DNA of 64,000 nucleotides from Eledone cirrhosa. Its lineage: Eukaryota. Of this stretch, positions 30,551-41,711 are shown in pieces; positions within the stretch are counted from its first letter, which is position 1, and each line of letters starts with the position of its first letter. The stretch lies in the NCBI GenBank assembly GCA_964016885.1, contig OZ024751.1:33170001-33234000 (forward strand), written 5' to 3'. Made by a program: the position numbers and the translations under genes. Below the pieces are notes generated by a model. It was not told the DNA's origin. It made no database searches and saw only the letters and a program-made list of their open reading frames with translations.

Positions 30551-32070
30551 GCTTCCAGTTGAAGGAATTTTCCCTATACTTGCGCCAGAAGAAGACAAAT
30601 CGTTGGATTTTAGGCCAGTGTAATTCATGGACATAACACATGTTGGTGCAAGAGTGGCATTAAAAACCACACACTTTAAAGGGCAGGTAACACCAGAGGT
30701 AGGTTTTCTACAGTTGCAACCGATGCATTTGTTGGGGATATTTGTATGGTTTTTTTTTCTAGTCAAGCGTGCGATGTGGTATTTTGTTTTATACCAATAT
30801 TGGTCCTGAAAGCACAGGCTGGGGCTAGATTTTCAAGTCATTGTCTTCTAGACTACACTATATACTATCCAATTTAATGTGTCAATCAAATTTTAAGACG
30901 GTGTGGTTTGATTCGGAAGAGAGGGGGAGGTATTCCCACCCAATTCAGGTGGCTGGAGAAACTATATAGAGTCTCTAATTATACCCCTACCTTTCCTAGG
31001 TTTACAATTGCCAGATACTCTATAATCACTTGACCACCCATACTGTCATCTAAATATAATTCCCTTGGAAACTTATTGAAGAACAGTAGAACGTATTAGG
31101 AATCCTCAAGTTGTTCTGCTTCAATTTACAATTTAATGAGAAATAGGATAGTTACGACCTATTTTGACTTTCAGCTTGCATTCATATTCACAGCATTGCT
31201 AAATAAACCACGTTGTGTACGGACCAAATATTCATTATTCTAAATTATATGTTTATTATATTTTCAATTTACGGGAATGATATAAAGATTATATACTTAA
31301 TTCGTAAAAGCAAGTTTAAATCTAAATCCAATACGCTTCATTGTAGAATAATAATTGCTCGTTTCCGAAGGTAGCACCCCGCTCCACCCAGTCACAAACG
31401 TATCGTAATTGGTTTGTAATACAGAATAAATGGCCTGGGTGTCTCCTTTCCCCAGTTCATGAATTATAATAGATCGGGAGTTACATTAATTAACTTTCGC
31501 TATGGTTTTTCCTATTTCTATATCTAATGTTTAATTACCAGCCAATCTATAAGAAGTATATTAAATCACAAAAGAGATAATTTTACAATAAGCGTACACT
31601 GTTAATATAAAATGGAAATATTCTATATGTATGTATAAAATATGACTTTCTACTCTAAACCTTATCAGTATGAACTGACGAAAGAAGAAATGAAATTTCG
31701 AAGTTATAGAAATGTCAATAAGGTCCTCCGAATGAATAGATATTTGAATTGAAAAGACTCTGAAATAGAATTCCAGAAAGATATAGTTGTATATATATAT
31801 AGATATTATTTGAAGCCTCAGGTCTTAGGTTTAAACTAATATAAATATTTGTCAATTTGAAAATTTATTGGGGTCAAGTTTATGTGTAATGACGTTTTGA
31901 CATGTTGCTCACGTCATCCCCCCTGGCGGCAACAATATTAACTGGTGAACACCTTGTAAAATATTTAGATTTTATAGGTTCAATAGGATATATATTGATG
32001 TGGTTATTGGTTGAGTATGAGATTCAACTAAAACCTGTCATCATATTGGTAGATACATATATACATACAT

Positions 32071-32197
<127 letters not shown>

Positions 32198-32269
32198 AAT
32201 AAATAATCGAGAATCGAAGTCTCAGCCCACGAAATAATTGAATAAACAAGAGAGATGAACACTAATGTA

Positions 32270-32368
<99 letters not shown>

Positions 32369-32524
32369 TGAAAGAAAGGGGGAGTCGGTAGATAGATAGA
32401 TTGATATATTGGTATGAGGGTAGAGAGAGAGAGAGAGAGAGAGAGGTAGAGAGATAGGATAGATAGACAGATAGATAGATAGATAGACAGACAGATAGAT
32501 AGATAGATAGATAGACAGATAGAC

Positions 32525-32567
<43 letters not shown>

Positions 32568-32892
32568 AGGATGAGACAGGTATATAGCTAATGTGAGAGT
32601 TAGATAGACAGACCTTTGAGTGAAAACAAAAACAAAAACTAGAATTACTAAACACGAAGAAAACACGTGCAAGTGTCTGAGCATTCCTCAGACACCTGTA
32701 GCCCTAACATATCTCGCAACCATATTGTGTGACAAGGCACGCCATATATATTAGACATACATCTTGCTTGCTTGCTGAGCAGACTGGAGCAACGTTGGAA
32801 TGTCGTGTATGGCATAAGGACCAATTATATCGCTGGAATCGAACTTACAAATCTTCTAATGTGAACCAAAAACGTTCACACATCTTCAATAT

Positions 32893-32967
<75 letters not shown>

Positions 32968-33649
32968 TATATCGATAAAAAGATGAATAATAACACACAC
33001 ACACATACATATATATATTTATACCACACCACAAATGATATATATGTATATATGCATACACTCACACACACATATATATGGGGGGAATGTGTGTGTGTCT
33101 TTGTCTCTGTGTGTGAACATACACATATACATATGTATGCATGTTTGGATTTTTGGGTATTTAAGCTAATGGGTAATTCTAACTAGTGAAATGAAGAGAA
33201 AAATTGTAAATTCAGCTAACTGTTGGAAGCCGAATTATTGTGCAAAAACCAGGAAAATATTTATTGCATCGTTAGGGAACAAATTGGCAGAAATCGTGTA
33301 GTGGAAATATAAAAAATCATACATATATACATACGTATGTACTGTCGTATATACTTGCATACACACACATACAAGCGTTCATACATACTTATATATTCTT
33401 ATAAATACATAAAAATATATATACATACACATTTATATGCATACATATGTACAGATACACACACAAACACACCCATATAAAAATATATATCTATGTATAT
33501 ATATATACATATATATATCTTTTTTTCTACATACATAAAAACCTATACAGACAAACATGCTCCTGTATGTGTTTAGACATACATTGTCATAGAGTTGTGT
33601 ATGTGTTTGTTATAAACAAACATGATTTCCCAAACACAACATATACTCT

Positions 33650-33950
33650 TCAGCACAATATACATTGCCGAGATCCATGGAGGAGTTCGGCGCAGCGGTC
33701 TCTGTCCTTCATTATCGCTGCCATGTCCTGCATCTCCGAGAGACCAGTGTCTGTCCTTAGGGCCTCAATATATGTCAACCTCGGTCTCCTTCTTCTAGTG
33801 TGTCCATGTAGGGGCTCCCACAAGAGCACTGATTGCAGTGTCATCTCTGAATGTCGGTGAACATGTCCAGCTAACCTCAATCTCCTCTGTCTTACTTTTT
33901 CGAGCTGACTTTTAGGAGACTCCCGTACAGCTCTGAGTTCTTCATCCTGT
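33650..33950 (-). mobile_element. 3' fragment of an RTE-like LINE ORF
   Basis: RLAGHVHRH...LLWEPLHGHTRRRRPRLTYIEALRTDTG...MKDRDR matches the GH..R / RGRP / DR..W C-terminal pattern of RTE-like LINE ORF2. Confidence 0.7.
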
Positions 33951-33989
33951 ATTCAGTGTTTCATATTCTATTTAGTATACATGTATATG

Positions 33990-34122
<133 letters not shown>

Positions 34123-35091
34123 ATGTGTATGTGTGTGTGTATTCATATATACTAAATAGAATACTGGATATGGGCGTAGAATGGAATTATAGAAAGATTG
34201 CTCTGATGAACGCATATTTCTTAACTGCCTCATTCCCTCCATAAGAAGTTTGACCTTGCTTAACAATAATACGACTAATGTTTGGGATGTTTTCATAAAT
34301 TTAAACGATTCTTGATATAAATCATTTTTATGGAAGGGATGGGCCTTCGTGTTTGGTTTCAATTTCTTTCTCCCAAGTTGAAGGGACGCTAGGAATTTAT
34401 ATTACTTCTCTCTTGAGATGTTATTTCGTCGCTTTCTTTTTTATTCCCATGAAATTATGCAAAATAGTCTATGAAATGTACTACTAAACATTCTAAAAAT
34501 ATATATTGTAATTCTGAAGGTTTTTATGGCTTATATACAAATAAGAACCACATATACACACAGACACAGACTAATATACACACAGACACAGACACACATA
34601 CACAGACACAGACATACACAGACACACACCAACACAGACACACACATACAATCACCGAGTGTATGTATGTATGTGTATTTGAGTATCTGTGCGATGAACA
34701 GTAGAATGTATGTATTTTATCAAGGCTAGTATTATGCAACACTGGAGTTATATGGCGGCTATCGATTAGTGACTATATCGATAACACCTTAGTTTATGTT
34801 GCTCTTCCAAACGATCGTAAAGCAGTGGATTATTGAAACAATCTAATTAAGATACTCAACCGTGTCTTGGTTGTCATTGTTCACCTCTATATATCTGACG
34901 CTGTAGTTTTGGAATACTCAGCCACATGTAATTAAATAGCATTTACTGCCACCAAAACAAATTTCGCTCTGCTTCAATGATATATTCATACCTACACTAC
35001 ATTGAGTTCTAATAGAATTATGTCTTACATTAATTGAATAAAATATTTATATATATATATATATGTATGCGTGTGTGTGTGTGTGTGTGTG

Positions 35092-35185
<94 letters not shown>

Positions 35186-35683
35186 TATATGCACATATAT
35201 ATACATATATATATATATGTGTGTGTATGGGGTATATACATACATAGATGCTAAAAGTAAACAGAAATAACAAAGCAAACGACACAGTACAATGAAGAAA
35301 TATATTAGTTTAACGCTTGATGTAGTAGGAAAGGTGAAACAAACAGAGAATATAAGATTTCATTATTTTCCAACACGATATACAATTCTTTCCTTCTCAT
35401 ACTTTAATTAGGTTTAGGTTGGCATGTAAACCTGATTATATGGAAAGTCCTTCTTCAGACACACACTGTAAAATAAGATATTACAGTGGTATCACCATAA
35501 CAAATACTATTCTGATTCTGGCTTCAATTTATATAGAAGTAGATCAACATTAGCTGAGAATATCGGGAAAATTACTGCTATGTACGGAAATAGTTACCAA
35601 GCCTAACAGGACTTGGTGTAGAAGCTTTCTTACATTCAAGCTGTTCCGTTAAATATCTAATCTAGGCATAAACTGCAGTCAGC

Positions 35684-35760
35684 GGTTCCTTAGTTCCATG
35701 GCTAGAGCACCAGTCCGTCATTCATGAGACAGAGAGTTCGATTCCCCGGTTAGGCTGCTC
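35684..35760 (+). mobile_element. tRNA-like SINE head (degenerate)
   Basis: 'tagttccatggctagagc' (A-box-like) and 'gagttcgattcccc' (B-box) at tRNA spacing; no clean cloverleaf. Confidence 0.45.
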
Positions 35761-36014
35761 GTCATTTTTCCTCCGTCTATAGCTTTACTTTCCCCCATTT
35801 TGCTGAGCTAGTATTTTTGGGATATCGACTGGTGTTCTATTATTTTCTATTTTGGATTATATATATTATGCACACATATATATATATATACATATATATA
35901 TATACATACATTTATTATGCTCTACGGTTCTTATATATTTGATATATATTTATCCTTATCGAGCCCTCTTTGGATTTTAGTCTTCAAATTTATTATTATT
36001 ACTATACATACATT

Positions 36015-36062
<48 letters not shown>

Positions 36063-36107
36063 CATACATATATATATATATACATGTATGTATATATATA
36101 TACATAC

Positions 36108-36144
<37 letters not shown>

Positions 36145-36236
36145 ACGAAGGAAATGTGGTAAGGAACCAGGTGGACCATAACGCACCAAAGTACTCAATA
36201 CTTGGGGTAGTAGAGTGGGTAATAGGAACCAGTAAG

Positions 36237-36330
36237 ACCCCGACAGCTGAGCTCAAGCCGTTTCGACGGCTAATTCTGGACTAAATGAAAATTTATCCTG
36301 GTATTTAAATAGCCGATCTTCTCAAGGGGT
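36237..36330 (-). ncRNA. Type I hammerhead ribozyme motif, U3-A8 variant core (family A, left arm)
   Basis: Reverse complement of the 38479-38572 motif. Confidence 0.65.
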
Positions 36331-37420
36331 AATTCCATATATGGTCAAAGTGATTGTCAAAAATCAGTAGTAATTCTGTGATTGCAAATTAGTAGGGGAG
36401 ATGGTGGCTAAACCTGCCAGTAGGAGAAAGAGGGGAGGGGGTGGAGTAGACCCAATCAAGCGTTGGTAGTGCCAGCTACAGCTGGGCATGAGGTCAAAGA
36501 AGATACTGGGGAGGGGGAGGGGGGAAGTCGGAACGGTAGGTAGAACAATGGGGGTAAAAATATAAATGAAAGAAAAAATACTGAGAGTGAAGAAAAGCGA
36601 ATAAGTGTAAAGAAAAAAGTAAAGCAAGTTCTACGACCTAGGTCTCTAGCTATTGTTAGGCTAGAATAAATAAATAAAGAAAGAAAGAAAGAAAGAAGTA
36701 AAGAAAGAGATAAAGAAATAACGAAATAAGTAGAAGAACTAGGTGGGACGGATAGGCAAGGACCCTTTTAAGAGGTATAAGTACGTAAATGATACGGTGA
36801 CGGGTCAACAAAAGGGGCCAAAATACTAAAGAGACTACCACGAAATAAATAATAAAGGTTTCTATCCCGGGCACAATGCCAGCAACCACCCAGTGCAGCA
36901 AAGTGAACTAGTAAGAGATAATAATTCTGAGTCCCGAAAAAAATATATACTAATGCTAACTCTAAAAGATCTAAAACAAGCTACATGAAAGTTCGTACGA
37001 AGTAAAGGTAGAATACGGAAAAATAAATTCAGAATCCACCCCGCCCAAAAGAAAAGCGAAGAAAGAAATACTGAAACGAAAAAATAAGGCATAAGTGCCA
37101 CTAAGAAATATAGAAGGCACGGAGAATAGTGGGAGCGGTCGGAAAAAGGGGGCAAGTATCCGGGGTCTAAACCAACTGCTATAAAAGGCGGAGTCCGCCA
37201 AATCTATCATAGACTAGGGGAGGGGGTGTGGGTACTAAGGCTACAAGGGGCAGCCTCGGGTGGGCGAGAAAAGACGCCGACAAAGGTGAAGAGCTGGGGT
37301 AGAAGGACTAAGGAGAGAAGGGGGGAAGGAAATAAAGGAAGCGATAAAAGAATAAAAAGAAGATCTTACGTCTCCCTTGGCAAGCAGGGGTTACCCATTG
37401 CAAAATCGGCAAGTGGGGTG

Positions 37421-37765
37421 TTATAGCCCTGGTCTAACCCCCCCCCCACCCCCCGGGTCATTATGGGGTTTGAGGGCGAGGTAAGTGCTACGCAATCTAT
37501 GTTTACATGCAGTAACCAGTTCATCTTTCTTGTTTAGGAGTTGGTCCGTCGAAAACAGCATTTGTAAAGTTTCCTCCGAGCATAAATTGCACGGACGGCG
37601 TCCTCCCGTATAAGAATTGGCTCTGGACAGTAATCTCCAAGTGAGATCATAGGTGATGTTGTTGTCCTTGAGGTCCCATATGTGGCCCGAAAGTGTAGTG
37701 GCGTGACGGCGGGCCGGGTTTCGGAAGGTATGTCTATGTTGGTATAGCCGGGTCTTGAAGTCACA
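37421..37765 (-). pseudogene. C-terminal half of a PLE GIY-YIG-type endonuclease (5'-truncated, frame open to stop)
   Basis: Hand translation, not in the ORF track: CDFKTRLYQHRHTFRNPARRHATTLSGHIWDLKDNNITYDLTWRLLSRANSYTGGRRPCNLCSEETLQMLFSTDQLLNKKDELVTACKHRLRSTYLALKPHNDPGGGGGVRPGL*. It shows the FKxR..H helix, CxLCxxE, LNK..E and CxH motifs. The GIY-YIG motif itself is lost at the inversion junction. Confidence 0.75.
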
Positions 37766-38478
37766 TGCGGGGTGGATTCTGAATTTATTTTTCCGTATTC
37801 TACCTTTACTTCGTACGAACTTTCATGTAGCTTGTTTTAGATCTTTTAGAGTTAGCATTAGTATATATTTTTTCGGGACTCAGAATTATTATCTCGTACT
37901 AGTTCACTTTGCTGCACTGGGTGGTTGCTGGCATTGTGCCCGGGATAGAAACCTTTATTATTTATTTCGTGGTAGTCTCTTTAGTATTTTGGCCCCTTGT
38001 GTTGACCCGTCACCGTATCATTTACGTACTTATACCTCTTAAAAGGGTCCTTGCCTATCCGTCCCACCTTGTTCTTCTACTTATTTCGTTATTTCTTTAT
38101 CTCTTTCTTTACTTCTTTCTTTCTTTATTTATTTATTTATTCTAGCCTAACAATAGCTAGAGACCTAGGTCGTAGAACTTGCTTTACTTTTTTCTTTACA
38201 CTTATTCGCTTTTCTTCACTCTCAGTATTTTTTCTTTCATTTACATTTTTACCCCCCATTGTTCTACCTACCGTTCCGACTTCCTCCCCCTCCCCCTCCC
38301 CAGTATCTTCTTTGACCTCATGCCCAGCTGTAGCTGGCACTACCAACGCTTGATTGGGTCTACTCCACCCCCTCCCCTCTTTCTCCTACTGGCAGGTTTA
38401 GCCACCATCTCCCCTACTAATTTGCAATCACAGAATTACTACTGATTTTTGACAATCACTTTGACCATATATGGAATT

Positions 38479-38572
38479 ACCCCTTGAGAAGATCGGCTAT
38501 TTAAATACCAGGATAAATTTTCATTTAGTCCAGAATTAGCCGTCGAAACGGCTTGAGCTCAGCTGTCGGGGT
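38479..38572 (+). ncRNA. Type I hammerhead ribozyme motif, U3-A8 variant core (family A, right arm)
   Basis: acccc-TTGAGAA-ga(t)cggcta[37 nt]tagccgtc-GAA-acggct[tgagctc]agctgt-C-ggggt. Predicted cleavage after GUC at 38567. Confidence 0.65.
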
Positions 38573-38582
38573 CTTACTGGTT

Positions 38583-38616
<34 letters not shown>

Positions 38617-38750
38617 TAGAAGTGGTATTTAATTTGTTGGAAGTCCGACAAACATAAATGTTTATAACTGATTTAGAGCACTCAACAAGTTACTGGAGTA
38701 AATGTTCAATGATATTAAATAAATGGAAACTATATTTATAAAACCATATT

Positions 38751-38814
38751 TATTTTATTATATATATTTCAAGGGTACCAAGACAACATTGGTACGCTTT
38801 CATCAGATAAAATA
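38751..38814 (-). ncRNA. Minimal type I hammerhead ribozyme motif (family B, left arm)
   Basis: Minus strand: tattttat-CTGATGA-aagcgtaccaa[tgttgtc]ttggtaccctt-GAAA-t[atat]aTA-ataaaata, with a perfect 8-bp stem I. Confidence 0.8.
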
Positions 38815-38863
38815 CAAAGTTTGTTTTATAAATAGAGACATACCCATGAAAATCATACCTTAT

Positions 38864-39053
38864 TGGTTGGAAATTCACTGGATAGTTGGAAATTCACTGG
38901 ATGGATGGAAAGTCACTGGATGGTTGGAAATTCACTGGATGGTTGGAAAGTCATTGGATGGTTGGAAATTTACTGGATGGCTGGAAAGTCACTGGATGGT
39001 TGGAAATTCACTGGATGGTTGGAAAGTCACTGGATGGTTGGAAATTCACTGGA
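38864..39053 (+). repeat. 19-bp tandem repeat, 10 copies, at the centre of the family B hairpin
   Basis: Unit tggttggaaa(t/g)tcactgga; the t/g variant alternates from unit 2 on. Confidence 0.95.
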
Positions 39054-39124
39054 CTATCCAGTGAATTTCCAACCGATAAGGTATGATTTTCATGGGTATG
39101 TCTCTATTTATAAAACAAACTTTG

Positions 39125-39188
39125 TATTGTATCTGATGAAAGCGTACCAATGTTGTCTTGGTACTCTTGAAATATATATAATAAAATA
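39125..39188 (+). ncRNA. Minimal type I hammerhead ribozyme motif (family B, right arm)
   Basis: tattgtat-CTGATGA(39133-39139)-aagcgtaccaa[tgttgtc]ttggtactctt-GAAA(39169-39172)-t[atat]aTA-ataaaata. Predicted cleavage after 39180. Confidence 0.75.
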
Positions 39189-39227
39189 AATATGGTTTTA
39201 TAAATATAGTTTCCATTTATTTAATAT

Positions 39228-39308
<81 letters not shown>

Positions 39309-39971
39309 GTGTGTGTGCATTCTTCTATTTTCTGTTTATTTAAAAGAAGTCACTCAATTCCTGATTCTCCAGTTCTAAACATATATAAATATCGTTTGTA
39401 ACTCTATGTACCAACGTTGGTTGGTTTCTGTCAATTAACAATCACCATTTGGATTGATTTCTCTGTAATTCTACCAAAGTTATGATCCACCATGGCAGCA
39501 GATATTGAATAACTTGAAGGTTAATTATGACTGAAAATCGAAAGAATGTTTACAGTAGGAAACTTTGAAGAAATCACATGCCTTCGCTTCTTTTCTCGTC
39601 TTTAATTGCTACAGTTTGTGCTAAAACTGTTATTTTTGCTAGGACAATTCCAACGAAATGTTTATTGCCGGTGTACATTTCCATTTAAGCGTATTGAAAT
39701 GTTATAAAATGACAGACTAATATTTGAATTATTTTTGTAGTATGTGATGTAGAGGGAGAGATAATATCCTGTCTATTGGAAAGCGGAAACCGCAATCTAA
39801 TTTCTGTTATACAAGGCCGCTAATACCCCTGCTAAACGAATAAACATTTTCACGTCTTATCATCACATCCTTTAAAACATATAAGGGCCGTTTGTTTCAT
39901 CAAATGATACAAGACTTTTAGATTAATATCCTGTATATTAAAGACCGCAGACTATATCTATGACCAAACAT

Positions 39972-40139
<168 letters not shown>

Positions 40140-40697
40140 CTATCAAAACATATTCGCAGGAATAAATATGGCTGTTCATCTAAACAATATATAAAAATAT
40201 TTAGTTTAACACCCCGGATATTGCTGACAACGAATCATTTTTCTTCCTTTAAAGTCCTTAAATTTATTTCTGGGAAAGATGCGAATGTTATAACATGACT
40301 TAACGACATATTTTATAATACATAAGAGTGTAGACTGAACAGAGAGCTGACCATTCACTACTTGTAGCTGTACAAATGAATAAATATTACAAAATTACAT
40401 CAGCATATACTAGATATATGGATTTATATTGAGCAGGGAGAGTCAATATTGTCACTCATCATGATAACAGAATGAGTCAAATATCACTGAGACAATACAG
40501 TACTCTTTAAAAAGTAGGGTACTTTGGATAATAATCTCGTGTTATTGTTGAGATGAAAGGGTAATGTGTAAAACAATACAAGGATCACGTCTGGATCAAA
40601 GACCTTTACTGAGATAGATTAAAATCAGCTAAAAAAAATTTCAAAAGCAACAATAACATCAACGTCAAAAACAACAACAACAATAACATTAATAATA

Positions 40698-40914
40698 ATT
40701 GTTTCTACTATAGGCACAAGGCCAGCAATTTTGGGGAGGGGCGAGTCGTTTAAATCTACCCCAGTGCATTACTGGTACTTTATTTTATCGACCGCCCCCC
40801 CCCCCCCGTAAGGATGAAAGGTAAAGCTAACTTCGGCGAGATTTGAACTCAGAACCTAAGGGCCATAACTCTGTGTCGTTAAGCATTTTGTCCGACGCTC
40901 TACCGATTCTACCA
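40698..40914 (-). mobile_element. tRNA-derived SINE (family 1), near full length
   Basis: Minus strand TTGGTAGAATCGGTAGAGCGTCGG...GAGTTCAAATCTCGCCGAAG...CCTTTCATCC...GTCGATAAAATAAAGTACCAG...CCTTGTGCCTATAGTAGAAACAA. Confidence 0.85.
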
Positions 40915-40918
40915 ATAC

Positions 40919-40971
<53 letters not shown>

Positions 40972-41708
40972 GGAATGCTAATGGCTGCGCAAGAGCAGGC
41001 CCTCAAAACGAAGTGGCTGAAACACCATATTTACAAGGTGGAGGCTAGCCCACTGTGCAGGATCTGTGTAGAGAGAGAGGAGACTGTGGCTCACATTGTA
41101 TCCGAGTGTAAACACCTAGACCAGACTCACTATAAAGGCTGGAGATATGATGTGATGGGCAGGGTGATCCACTGGCACCTCTGCAAAGTAAACAATTTAC
41201 CACATTCTGAGAAGTGGTGTGAGCATAAGCCAGAGGCGGTGATAGAAAACGATCAGATGAAGGTCCTGTGGGATTTTAGGATACAGACGGACAAGAAACT
41301 GGAACACAATAGACCTGACCTGGTGGTTTTGGACAAGGAAAAAAGATCGTGCCTGATTGTGGATGTGGCCTGCCCATTCGACACGAGAGTGCAAGAGAAG
41401 GAGGGGGAGAAAATTAACAGATACCAGAAATTAAAGTGGGAGGTAAAAAGGATTTGGAACTGCCATGAAGTGAAAGTGGCCCCCATTGTCAGAGGCGCCC
41501 TGGGAACTATCTCAAAGAGTTTCCAGGGATGGTTAAAGAAAATTGACCCCGCCCTGCTTTTTGGAACACTTCAAAAGGCATGCTTGCTGGGAACAGTAAG
41601 AACCCTCCGATACGTCCTGAATATCTGAAGCTGCAGGTAGTGGCTTGATATTCATTTCAACAAACTTTCCAGTTGGTCAACATCAATTACTGAGACTCAA
41701 AGAAAAAT
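40972..41708 (+). mobile_element. 5'-truncated R4/Dong-clade non-LTR retrotransposon (element 1), directly after (TAA)n
   Basis: ORF 40975-41628 has AQEQAL, a CCHC knuckle (CRIC..ETVAHIVSEC), LWDF.IQTD, the restriction-like endonuclease RPD..D...K motif and GALG. A short 3' UTR follows. Confidence 0.9.
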
Positions 41709-41711
41709 AAT

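Larger units (their letters stand above)
36143..38587 (-). mobile_element. Penelope-like element (family A), 5'-truncated with an inverted duplication
   Basis: ~820-bp near-identical inverted arms (36222-37044 / 37767-38587), ~720-bp spacer containing an endonuclease remnant, ~80-bp unpaired tail (36143-36221), (TA)n on both sides and a hammerhead in each arm. Confidence 0.85.
38613..39232 (-). mobile_element. PLE-like family B non-coding insertion with 180-bp inverted arms (38707-38886 / 39053-39232) and ~94-bp tail
   Basis: Arms are near-perfect reverse complements, (TA)n lies on both sides and each arm has a hammerhead. Confidence 0.8.

Noticed and set aside
31670-31720. ctgacga...cgaa hammerhead-like words
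   Set aside because: Stems I-III cannot be formed convincingly.
35684-35760. Functional tRNA gene
   Set aside because: Acceptor and anticodon stems do not pair properly; treated as a SINE head.
36364-38445. Paired hydrophobic ORFs on opposite strands (MLYFFLYTYS..., MLHWVVAGIV...)
   Set aside because: They are mirror images from the inverted arms of a T-rich non-coding region, and the copies differ by frame-altering indels.
38723-39189. ORFs with repeated GWLEIHWMVG/GWKVTG peptides
   Set aside because: Produced by the 19-bp tandem repeat cycling through reading frames.
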